Below, piece after piece: positions 39,701 to 52,396 of a stretch of DNA of 64,000 bases. The stretch is from Balanoglossus misakiensis (taxonomy: Eukaryota; Animalia; Hemichordata): the NCBI GenBank assembly GCA_040954595.2, contig CM082591.2:5239009-5303008 (forward strand), written 5' to 3'. How positions within the stretch are numbered: position 1 is the stretch's first letter; each line of letters opens with the position of its first letter. A model generated the notes under the pieces. That model was not told where the DNA came from. It saw nothing but the letters and a program-made list of their open reading frames with translations, and did not search any database. Position numbers and translations under genes: made by a program.

Positions 39701-42700
39701 GGAGAACGCTTGACAAAGCACACAGTGGAAACTATTCAACCTACCTTAACAAAATGGAAACCTTTTTCAAGTAGAGTGGGAATCCCCGGAAACATAAAGA
39801 CGTTGCGAGTTGAGACGATGGGATACCTGCTTCTTTCTCCGGTGATTTTATCGAAACCAAAATGAAGTTCAGCAGACGAAGGCACCTGGGGTGAAAAAGA
39901 CAGAGACCGTGAAATGGTGAACTGTATTCAGTAAGTTCGGATACAAGACTTCTCAGAGATACAAGAATCAAAAATTGTTAGGTAACCTCTCTACTGGCAT
40001 GTTTCAGCCATCTTTCTGGCTGATATAGGTCTGTACAATGTCAAACGGGCATCAGATATCATTTCATCTTCAATGATTGCATGTACAATCCCAAAAAATG
40101 AGGAAATTTCAAGCCCACTCTATATTGTGAAATTGATAAACCAAAGTGTCAATACTTTGCTTGCTTTTAAGAGATGCATTCATACAACGGTTCACTGAAC
40201 ACCAATTGTAAATGTTCTGTCTCGTCAAAAAAATATGAAATGGGAAAACTCTCAAAACACTTCTACCTAGATCAGTTTGACGCCACTGTAGCACGGACCA
40301 ATTTGCCACTATAAACACTTTATGAGCAGCGGGTATGCTTTTGGTGCTTACAATTGCAGTAAATATGCAGATTTATTTGCACACGAAAGCAGAATGTTGT
40401 ATGCATGATGCTTATGCAGATAAATTTAGCTCTGATCAGATAAAAGTGTTCTTTTTTTATCAACCCGTAAATTAAAAAAAACCACAAAAGATTGAAACCA
40501 TGACAACTGAACGGGGCCTGAATTTTAAATGTTATCGCTGATATATTCATCAGTGTTGCAGGGCAAGCCAACACAATTAAATTCTCTGTGTTACATCCTT
40601 GCACGAGAAAATGAATTCGAATTGTGGGAATCCACTGAAATTTTACTTACATATGCCATTTTCAGTTTTGGAGAATCAAATGATGCATCTTGCCCGAAAT
40701 ATTTTCTGCACAATTCTACGAGTGTTGGGTGTGGAAATAACTGTTCGTTGAAAGCTTTCGCAACTCCTGAAATGACAAAAGACACCCTAGTTCTTACACC
40801 ATTCCCAAAAAATAAAAATCCTTTCAAAACGGAGTTTAAACATAACGATCTTCCTATTCTTTCCTGTTGTCAAATTTATCGAATACAAGGTAATTGAAAC
40901 GTGTTTGAAATCTGAAGACGTACCTTCGAAGGTTATATCGTCATGTGTTGGTCCAATACCACCAGCTGTAAAGACGTGTGTATACCTCGCCGAAAACGCT
41001 TCAATTTCTTTGGCTATCACTGCAAGACTATCACTAATTACTGAAATCTGTTGGCAGAAAAAATGGAAATCCAATCTTAACCTCATTACTGTTATAAGTT
41101 ACAATGATCTACCTCCACACCTCTCCAGTTGTTTACCACAGGGGTCACACACATACAAACAAGATCACTATCCTGAACAATTCATCACTGAGCCTGAGGT
41201 TAAGTACAATGTTCTCGTTTAAATTTTGTTATACACCAGCACAAGTTTTAACCTCCCTAAAAGCAGTGAGAAGGCAAATGCCATGTCTTCACCTAAATAT
41301 TGTATTTTTTTGCATTCTGAGATTAGGTGGGGGTAATGAATATGTATAATGTGAGGTACCTTGATGCAGAGTGAAGAAAAACATGGTGACATGTGATAGC
41401 CTGGTCAGGCGTTTCGGTCTACTAACTATGTCATTGCACTATATGATAAATGCGTAGTGGGTTTGCTGACATGACGGGCGAGGTTTACGTTTATCATAAC
41501 GCATGAGGATTGTTGATTTCAAGTGACAACCTGCGATAAAAGACCAATTCTTGAGATATCAGGCTGGGGGAAACCATTGGTCACGTCAGATAGTACCAGC
41601 CAAGGGGTCACCAGGTCACGGCATGTGAACGACTGACTGACTCTAGACTCCCTTAGTACTGTGTCTGGTCTGACTACAACCAAACTGACTTCCTTTAGTA
41701 AAAACTTATAAAGGACTACATTTCTACACTATATTGCTTTTGGGTATCTTAGGCATGCAGTATACCTCTGTGCCCTATGTAACCTTCAAAACAGGGGAAT
41801 GTCAGACTATCAGGTCACGATGACATTGTGTACAGTTGCACTACAATGGACATCACAGTATTCTATGTGGTGAAGCCCACATAGAACCAAGGAGGCATGT
41901 TCCCCTTACAAACACAAAAAAGACCAGCTCATGCCATTCTCATAGATTTCTGACTGTCATAAAACCAAGACATTGCAGTTGTAGTGATAAATGGAAAGAA
42001 AATCCCTCAGAGCATGCACCTACCTCCCACACGAAAAGTCACGCCACTGCAATCAGCGCACATATGCAAACCAGCCGTCGCTCCTGAGAAATCTGGCACG
42101 TACTTTGGCCCTGCCCCGATAGAATCACTGATGTGCATGGCCAAACTCTTTCAATTTATACCTCTTGGCAGAATCACACACTGATCATGTGACATGTCCA
42201 TCCTTCATTCATTCGTTGACACCTGACCTTCAATATTCAAATGAGTGAGTGCCAACAACTGGTCATTGTTTATCTCCCGTGTGACCTTTGGCATTTTCGT
42301 ACTTACCCTTTCCACTTTGATTCCAAGCGAGTAGAGCTGTCTGCAGAAAAAGAAGGAATTCGTGTCCTGTGTGTGTCCCTTGAGAATTTCGTCTCCAATT
42401 ACTACAATAAGAGAGAAAAAATACTATGGGGTTTACAAATTTCTTATTTCTGACGAAAGGAAGAACAATACTGATTTTACATGCCAGGTTAGTGTGATGT
42501 TGGCTAAAGGAAAAAAAAATACATCTACATAAAATATGCCTACGAGCCTAAAAATCATGAACTCATCCAAGGTATTAACATTATATTGTCTCATTAATAA
42601 TGCCTGTAATTTATTTACTTAGAACGAATCAAGCTTACTACAGTAGAAACTGACAACCAGAGGATCTTATCACCAATATATGTCCACGTCATAGATAATG

Positions 42701-43568
42701 ACTACCCCCCCCCCCCCCAATGAAAAAACTGAGAAGCCGGATTTCCATTGAAATGTACGTGCAGTGACGCATGTATTCGAATCCTTCAAGTTCCTATTTT
42801 TGTCTGTATAACAAGCAAGGTCGTGTACAGTGAATCCTCTAAACTGACTGTGGGCAGTGACACTGTGGTTAAAAAAATCAGCGTCACCCGTTAACAAAAA
42901 AGCTCAACAAACCGATAGCACCAGGAGAATTGTTTTCTCAATATCTTCGAAAACAATTTTTACAGAACGCCTGACAAGCAGTGTTTCATTCCAGGCTTTT
43001 GTTGAAGATAAAATCGGTGGACGACCTGAACAGTGATTTTGTCCAGGAGATATTTAGAGAGATTAAAGAAGGGTAAACGACCCTGATCATAGCGACAAGA
43101 ATCGTATAATTCAGCTCTTGTAAAACCAAAATATTCGTGATACGGTCGTTCACCTACCCCGACCTCCTGTGATTGCTGTATCCGTCTAAATGAAGAAAGT
43201 ACAGTACGTGTTTCTAAGCAGTCGAGCGCCGCACACGGAACGGCCAACGACCGCGACAGACCCGTCCATGACCTTTGAAACGTTTACTCTACATTACATC
43301 AACAATCGACAATGCATGCACACGTGTGCCACTTCCGTCGTACAGCCTGAATATTAGCACCAGTCTTTCTTTTAAAAAAAGCTGACAATCATTTGACGAA
43401 CGATCATTCACACCTTCCATGACCGATCGCACTAGCAAAGCGCTACTTACTGATAATCCCGGCCGTCGGTTCGCCCCCCGACATGATTCTGCTGCTAGTG
43501 AAGTGACGGCTTAGAGAAACAAGACGGCGAGTTGAGGTAGACGCTACCGGCGAATAAGACAGAAACAT
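36767..43568 (-). CDS. FLAD1: FAD synthase (molybdopterin-binding-like domain + PAPS-reductase-like FADS domain)
   Basis: Exons 43451-43568 (alt ATG 43484), 42307-42401 ([14 protein letters not shown]), 40924-41047 ([15 protein letters not shown]), 40651-40766, 39745-39885 (FPGIP), 39403-39551 (GSYP), 39107-39195, 38583-38808 (GFNGGKDC), 38245-38343, 37698-37819 (MGTRKADP), 37368-37509 ([15 protein letters not shown]), 36767-36965 (YSSLG); phases compatible. Confidence 0.95.
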
Positions 43569-44274
43569 GGCATCGCCTGCATGTAGATTTCGTATATGTG
43601 CACAGCTGATTGATGTGTCAAAGGTCATATTGACATAACCTCGATTTGATGTCTGGGACGCGTCGCTGGACTGTGATTAGTTTAATTTCTTTAATTGTAA
43701 ATTCTCATTTCTAGGGTTAATTATCGAGCGTTTTTACTAAACTGATATCGCTGAGTTGCGAGGTGTACATGTATTTGCTTAGTGCATGTAGTGTACTTCA
43801 TTTCCCCAGTCACGTGAGACGCAGTGATCGACAATCACAGTACCTGCGCTAAGTAGCATGGGAAATCAACTATGGTGGTCGAGGAAATTGATTTCATGTC
43901 CAATTCACAATTCCGTTTCATTCGCAAAGTATTTGTTTTATTCATTCACCCGGTAAAAAAATATGATTTATCGATACATTATGTAAGTATCATTTTTAGG
44001 GATGACCGAGGTACATGTACATACATGTATGAGGGGGAGTTTTTGTGAAAAGTGACAAACGTTTAAAAATGAAATTGCAACTTGCAAGACAAATCATGTA
44101 CGATTGTGTTCCAGTGAAGTGTGCTATTTCTGTGTGTCTGTGCGCTTGTTTCGCTGTTTATCGGTATAGCTCCTTTTGGAGGATGTGTGGCCCTGAAAAG
44201 GGTCGTTTTGTGCGGTGTGTTCACTATCCACACAGCGACGTACATTTCTGTGGGTTTTTTTCCGTGGCCCTTCC

Positions 44275-44883
44275 TCAGGGCACGGGGTATTGCTCGGCGA
44301 TATCCTGCAAGATGTTCCGCACCGCCTCGTCGCCCGCTCTCCCGAACCGCTCCCTCCACCTCGACTCGTCCAAATACCCCGGCAGCAATTTCTTGGCCAC
44401 GCCTTTCATTCTCCTCGCTTTGGCCTTATGGCGGTGGCTTTCCTGGGCCACTTTTCCCTGTCCGGCGTCGTCCGGGTGGGAATAATCTTCGCTGGACAGC
44501 TTCTTACTGCAGACCTGTCGCAATGTTTTGCAGTGCTCGATCAAAGCATGCGTCGACACTCCAGTCTCGATGTGTATCTTATTCAACGGGTAGTCCATAG
44601 CCCACGTTATAATAATCTTCAAAAGCACGTCCAGACCCAAGCGAGACCTGGAGAAGAATGACCACTGTCTCACTGAAACTCTGGTCCCGTATTTATCGCA
44701 ACCCCTCTGCATGCAACGCCACGTAAACCCGTCAGAGTTATTTTTCGTCCGTGACCAAGTCATGGGTTGTTTACAAGAAAGACAATCTTGACAGGTCGCC
44801 AAAAGCCCGTGTTCTTTCAGAAACGGTATGGTCTGGTCAACACCCTGGACTGCGCAAGCTTGAGCACGTCGATACAAAGCCAT
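44275..44883 (-). CDS. Intronless 202-aa protein derived from a Merlin/IS1016 (ISXO2-like) transposase, DDE core deleted
   Basis: FLKEHGLL, CxxC...DGFTWRC zinc-ribbon-like segment, SVRQWSFFSRSRL and ETGVS...LRQVC match the Merlin N-terminus; RMKG...LLPGYLDESRWRERFG...ILQDIAEQYP matches the C-terminus; no V(E/Q)IDES or WVFG core. ATG at 44883; minus-strand AATAAA at 43937-43942. Confidence 0.75.
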   Translation of the reverse strand: MALYRRAQACAVQGVDQTIPFLKEHGLLATCQDCLSCKQPMTWSRTKNNSDGFTWRCMQRGCDKYGTRVSVRQWSFFSRSRLGLDVLLKIIITWAMDYPLNKIHIETGVSTHALIEHCKTLRQVCSKKLSSEDYSHPDDAGQGKVAQESHRHKAKARRMKGVAKKLLPGYLDESRWRERFGRAGDEAVRNILQDIAEQYPVP

Positions 44884-44949
44884 GTCGACATGTAATTCAC
44901 GATTTATCCCTGTATTCACGGTACCGGTAACACGGAAGCGTTAATCCTA

Positions 44950-45200
44950 CGCACATCATCCGACCTTTGACCTTGTCTGGTCGCCTGCTCATCCTCACCG
45001 CTGGCGGCGCTGCTCACGGGGAAGGCGTGGTCAGAAAGGGGGCAGGGAACAAGACAACGTATACACCTGGCTAATACAAGTACATGTATTTTCCATCCAG
45101 CAACCCTAGGTAATTAGCATATAGAAGCTATTTCTTTGTGACGTCAATCAGTGGGCGGAGCTCAAATGCTAATAACCAACCGCTACCAGGTGGCAAATAC
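44950..45200. promoter_or_regulatory. Promoter-like segment upstream of the Merlin-derived ORF
   Basis: CRE TGACGTCA at 45139-45146, GC-box GGGCGGAGC at ~45153, CTCF-like CTACCAGGTGGCAAA at ~45183; motif matches only. Confidence 0.4.
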
Positions 45201-45495
45201 TATAGTATGCCTTGTTGGTTGAGTTCCTCACAGAGACAAACGTAAACGCGTTTATTTCTTTTCAGTCATTTTATGCGAAACTTGATCGTCAATTTGTATG
45301 GTCGCCCGACGGCTAAACCATAGTTTCAGTGCTTACATTCTCGGAAGTAAAATTATCGACCTCCACCATGAATTATCACCTCCGCACCCAGAAAATAGAA
45401 GAAAAAAAAATGAATACTGGTAATATTTCAATCGAATCTTGAACGCGGCCACTAACGACATAATCGTTAGAACCCCGGACATCTATAGTATGTTT

Positions 45496-48030
<2,535 letters not shown>

Positions 48031-48169
48031 TCATTGCAGCCAGAACGCAACGCCTTCATTAACATATGCAAATGAGGAATCTGATTCGAAAAACGATATA
48101 CTAGTATTTGCGTACTCTCATCCCTTATAATAATTATCACCAAGCTAAATTTGGATAAGCTAAGCCGCC

Positions 48170-48222
<53 letters not shown>

Positions 48223-48235
48223 CCATCATCATCAT
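48170..48235. repeat. (CAT)n microsatellite
   Basis: Direct reading. Confidence 0.95.
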
Positions 48236-48441
48236 TAACAACAACATAACAAATAAATATTTCAAGTTGATATTTGCACCATCAACAGCTATTGCAACCT
48301 GTATTTTTTTCGCTTAACATTACTGTAATACATGTCTCGGCAAAAAAATGAGCATAGACAAAATAGATGAGCGCGTGTAAATTTTAGCACAAGGAACAAA
48401 AATTCTGCAAAATAAAGCCGAAAGTTACAGCTAACGTCTCT

Positions 48442-51083
48442 TTATTTATATTCAAAATCAGGAGTATACGGACGGGTCTTGATCCACTCGGCAATCTTCG
48501 GCAAGGCTTCGACGCGTTCCTTCAGCGCTTTCAACTTCGGATAAGAATTCAGCATATCAGGGGAGGAGTGAAATAACATGAAATCCACTTTATCGACGAA
48601 CACAAGGTCAGCCACGGTCAACTGAAATGGCATGGAGAAATTATGAGAATTAACTTATTGAAGTGGCTAAGTAGAGAGATTGGCACGAACCCTGGCTTTG
48701 AATTAAAAATCCTGGGTCAACTATATTTTAATCTCGGTGATATAATTATATATTTATTTACATAATTCATCCATAGCAAACACAGAAAGCATGTCTACTT
48801 AGGATTGGATGACTGGAAGTGGTGCGAATCACCTATACAAAGCCAGTCCCCTCAGGGCAATGAGAAGTAAAGTGCCTTGCTCAAGGGCACAGCATCGGGA
48901 CCATGACGTCACCGCCTAGTCAGAAAGAAAATCCACGGCCATGTCCAAGTCTGAGTATCGACCGGACCCCACAACCCTCCGATTGTGAGTCCCGGTTCCC
49001 ACACCACTATAGGCCGAGTGATTAAACAATTTAAAGATGTCAGCTGGGATAACACCACTCACATTCTCTCCGATTAAATAACCATCGCCTCCCCGGTTTT
49101 CTATCAACAGTTTCTCCAACGCAGTCAGAAGTCTCGGCAGCAACAGGTCCTTCAGTTTCTTGTACCACGCTGCCTGTGGGACGTGATAGAATGTGACACT
49201 GACAATCATAAATGGTCCTATGAGTAACAGCAACAGTGAGTTCTGCAAACACGAGTCTATTCTTACACGTTAAAAGTGAAATACCATGCGGAAGTCACGT
49301 GATGACTTCGGCTTACACGCCCAGAGATCTCGCAGGGTCTCGCGGAGTTCTGAAAGTATATTCTTATGCACGTCACAAGTGAAATACCAAGCGGAAGTCA
49401 CGTGACGGCTTCGGTTTACACGCCCAGAGATCTCGCAGGGTCTCGCGGAGTTCTGAAAGTATATTCTTATGCACGTCACAAGTGAAATACCAAGCGGAAG
49501 TCACGTGATGACTTCGGCTTACACGCCCAGAGATCTCGCAGGGTCTCGCGGAGTTCTGAAAGTATATTCTTATGCACGTCACAAGTGAAATACCAAGCGG
49601 AAGTCACGTGACGGCTTCGGTTTACACGCCCAGAGATCTCGCAGGGTCTCGCGGAGTTCTGAAAGTATATTCTTATGCACGTCACAAGTGAAATACCAAG
49701 CGGAAGTCACGTGACGGCTTCGGCTTACACGCCCCACCTTACGAGGTTTGTCCTCTTCGTACCAGACGTTGATCACTAAGGGTTCATAGATTTCAGATAT
49801 TGCCGACATGATCATGGTAATCCTGGCCTTCTCCAAATTGCTTGTACCACCCAATCCTACCCGGACAGGTGAGATAAAAGATAGCATTTTGAAATACTCG
49901 TTTGGAGGTTGTCCTGTCGACATATCTCGGGGAAATACCGCGATAAGCAAAATAGAAGAACGGAGTTTTAATTTTGATATTATGACCTGCGTTTAGTGTT
50001 TTACTGCATTTTAATTACCATTTTGTATTCTCTCTTCGGCTGTAGTTCTATTTACATCGTCGGCATATGTCGTACACTCGCTATTTTAAAAGTGACGCGC
50101 ATATTTACCAAATTTAGACAGGTGCGCGCGCAAACTTACCAAATTCGTTGCCTAGATACTGTGCGATGGCCATGGACTCCGCCAAAACTACACCATCAAA
50201 TTCAAGGATGGGTAATTTACTGAATAGATATCCTATTATACAAAACAAAATAAGTTATTCGAAGTGTTGAAACCCCTGAAAATATATTTTTTTCGTAGTT
50301 TTATCTTTACATTAGCTGTAAGCCAACTCGGACTTTTTCGGAAAGAAATCGAAGTGCAAAAATCAAATAAGCTCAGCTGCAGAATTAATAGACACAGAGA
50401 GAAAGCCAGTAGCATATGTTCAGTAAACTCAATACATATACTAGTATAAATATCTTTATCCTATCTTAAAATTAGCTGCATTCTGCTATTAATAGGTGGA
50501 CGCCTATGTTTAACAATGTTTAACGGATAGCGGGTTGTCTCGCCTGTACATGTACATGATTTCACATTGTTTAAACCTACGAGACAGGATTCTAAAATAA
50601 ATCGCAGTTGAAGACATACGTTGGAACAAAGTGAATAGTTGACAGCCGCGTACGGTATTTGGACGAGTCAGACAAAGGCAGAGGTAACGTTTTAAGGCGC
50701 ACCCTCTTTCAATAAAAACCCACACGGATTTGATGAAGACTTCGGTGGACAACAAAGGCTTTCCACCACGTAAATATGCAATGTCAACATCAACTGATGC
50801 GAGAACCAAGGATTGAAAACTGTAAGCCTAGCAAGGTATGGGTGTCCTGACCTCTATAAAAGGTTAGAGTCTACCCGCTTGAGTGGAACCAGATTGTAAA
50901 GGACTCAGTGAGTCGCGCCTTACTTTCTCGCCCCGGGTCTTCAGCCCGCCTCTTTGCGGGCCATTCCTCGTCGCTGTAGCGAACGTCTTCGAAATCGACC
51001 CCGGCCGCTGCAAAGATGAGGCGGATGAACTCCGCGTGGCAGCGGTAGTCCGAGTAGGTGAGCTTGTATTTCGGCGCGGCCAT
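48442..51083 (-). CDS. Glutathione S-transferase, sigma-class-like (copy 2, tandem paralog)
   Basis: Exons 50924-51083, 50140-50232 (LPILEFDG...AESMAIAQYL), 49738-49856, 49063-49173, 48442-48621; exons 2-5 have the same lengths as copy 1 (93/119/111/180 nt). Confidence 0.93.
48750..49016 (-). mobile_element. tRNA-derived SINE with CORE-like central motif in GST copy 2 intron 4
   Basis: Minus strand begins GGCCTATAGTGGT (A-box-like) with a tRNA-like head, then TGTGCCCTTGAGCAAGGCACTTTAC (resembles the CORE-SINE motif) and ends in an AT-rich tail. Confidence 0.6.
49275..49735. repeat. 103-bp minisatellite, about 4.5 copies, filling most of GST copy 2 intron 3
   Basis: Near-identical ORFs at a 103-nt offset (49270, 49373, 49476, 49579); unit contains GCGGAAGTCACGTGA. 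Confidence 0.95.
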
Positions 51084-51197
51084 TTCGTTTCAGAGGCTTC
51101 CAGAGTTGTGACTATGCGATAGCACGCAACTACCCTGCCACGGTAAATGACACTTCCCACAATGCCCGTCCAAAGAAATTCCTGGGCCTTTGTTGAA

Positions 51198-51401
51198 TAT
51201 ACTGTAAAACACTTTTTTTTCGCGAGTCAAAATTTTCGCAATATCGAGAGAGGCCACTGTTACGCGAGTATTACTTTTCGCGTTTTCACACATTGTTCTT
51301 TCACAACTATATGTACGCGAGTCTTTATTTTCGCGTAGTTTTGGCTCTCGCGTATTTAGCGTAAATTTAATGCTCGCGAAAATAAAGTGTTTTACAGTAT
51401 A
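51198..51401. mobile_element. MITE directly upstream of GST copy 2
   Basis: TATACTGTAAAACACTTT...TTCGCGAG pairs with CTCGCGAAAATAAAGTGTTTTACAGTATA; internal TTTTCGC subrepeats. Confidence 0.75.
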
Positions 51402-51461
51402 AAGCACTGTTTATGAATATGTCTTTCGGCGATCATGAAGCGAGGTCAGATTAACGGGGGT

Positions 51462-52017
51462 TAGCTCTGCGTACAGGTCTGTGTTGTTCCCGGCGTTACA
51501 CGGCCTCCACCCACAGCCCTGCAAGGCGCCATAGAAAAAACTGGTGCTTCTGCGGTCCGGATCCGGACCGCAGCTTTTTCGGCCGAAATTCGATTTTATC
51601 GAAGCAAAATCCTTTCCCTGTCTACTTCTGCCTCCTAACCGACTCCAAATATGATGCGATTAACTTGTCCTAACGTCCGAGCCGCTCGCTTTCTAAAACT
51701 TTTTTGTTTACCCATGGAGATAAACTCGCTGTAAGCCTTATATTTAATATGGCGATCTCAACATGTAAACACACAAAAATGAATCAAACGCGAGTGGTTC
51801 GGACGTTAGGACAAGTTAATCGCATCATATTTGGAGTCGGTTAGGGGGCAGAAGTAGACAGGGAAAGGATTTTGCTTCGATAAAATCGAATTTCGGCCGA
51901 AAAAGCTGCGGTCCGGATCCGGACCGCAGAAGCACCAGTTTTTTCTATGGCGCCTTGCAGGGCTGTGGGTGGAGGCCGTGTAACGCCGGGAACAACACAG
52001 ACCTGTACGCAGAGCTA
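51462..52017. mobile_element. Young non-autonomous DNA transposon, 219-bp near-perfect TIRs, 9-bp TSD
   Basis: Arms 51462-51680 and 51799-52017 are reverse complements (one mismatch noticed); termini TAG...CTA; perfect flanking direct repeat AACGGGGGT at 51453-51461 and 52018-52026. Confidence 0.92.
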
Positions 52018-52396
52018 AACGGGGGTATATTGTTCTCAGAACGGAGCCGTTATGCAACGTGGTACAGTGCTTGTGGTGTACACTGGTCCGGCATTCAAAG
52101 ATATTCTATAACAAATAACCATGTTGTACACCGAATTGAATAACAAGAAAACGGGGGTGCTCCCACTATTTTGTCAGTGACGAGTTTTCAAATACCACAT
52201 CAGGCATTCATACAAAATGATCATGCTATACTTTTATTCTATTGTAACATTTTGAGGAAACGATTGTGGTAGTGTTTTCTTTAATCATTGGGTAAGGTTT
52301 CCTTTTTTGACAAGGTTATACTTTTTGACAATCAATGTAATGAGTTATACTTTTTTGACAATCACAATAACGAGTTATGAAATTCATTATATCGAG

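Noticed and set aside
41580-41830. Nuclear-receptor-like half-site clusters (GGGTCA-CC-AGGTCA DR2; similar clusters at ~4400 and ~39365)
   Set aside because: AGGTCA/TGACCT words are common throughout this window, so motif matches alone are not informative.
42024-42083. Possible 60-nt poison cassette exon (in-frame TGA) in FLAD1 intron 2
   Set aside because: AG/GT boundaries exist but the pyrimidine tract is weak; unsupported without transcripts.
42960-43247. 95-aa TTG-started ORF in FLAD1 intron 1
   Set aside because: No ATG, no recognisable domain, length within chance range.
44045-44661. Three overlapping + strand ORFs opposite the Merlin-derived gene
   Set aside because: Shadow ORFs of a GC-rich coding region, non-ATG starts, no motifs.
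49270-49685. Three near-identical 69-aa ORFs
   Set aside because: Artefact of the 103-bp minisatellite within a GST intron.
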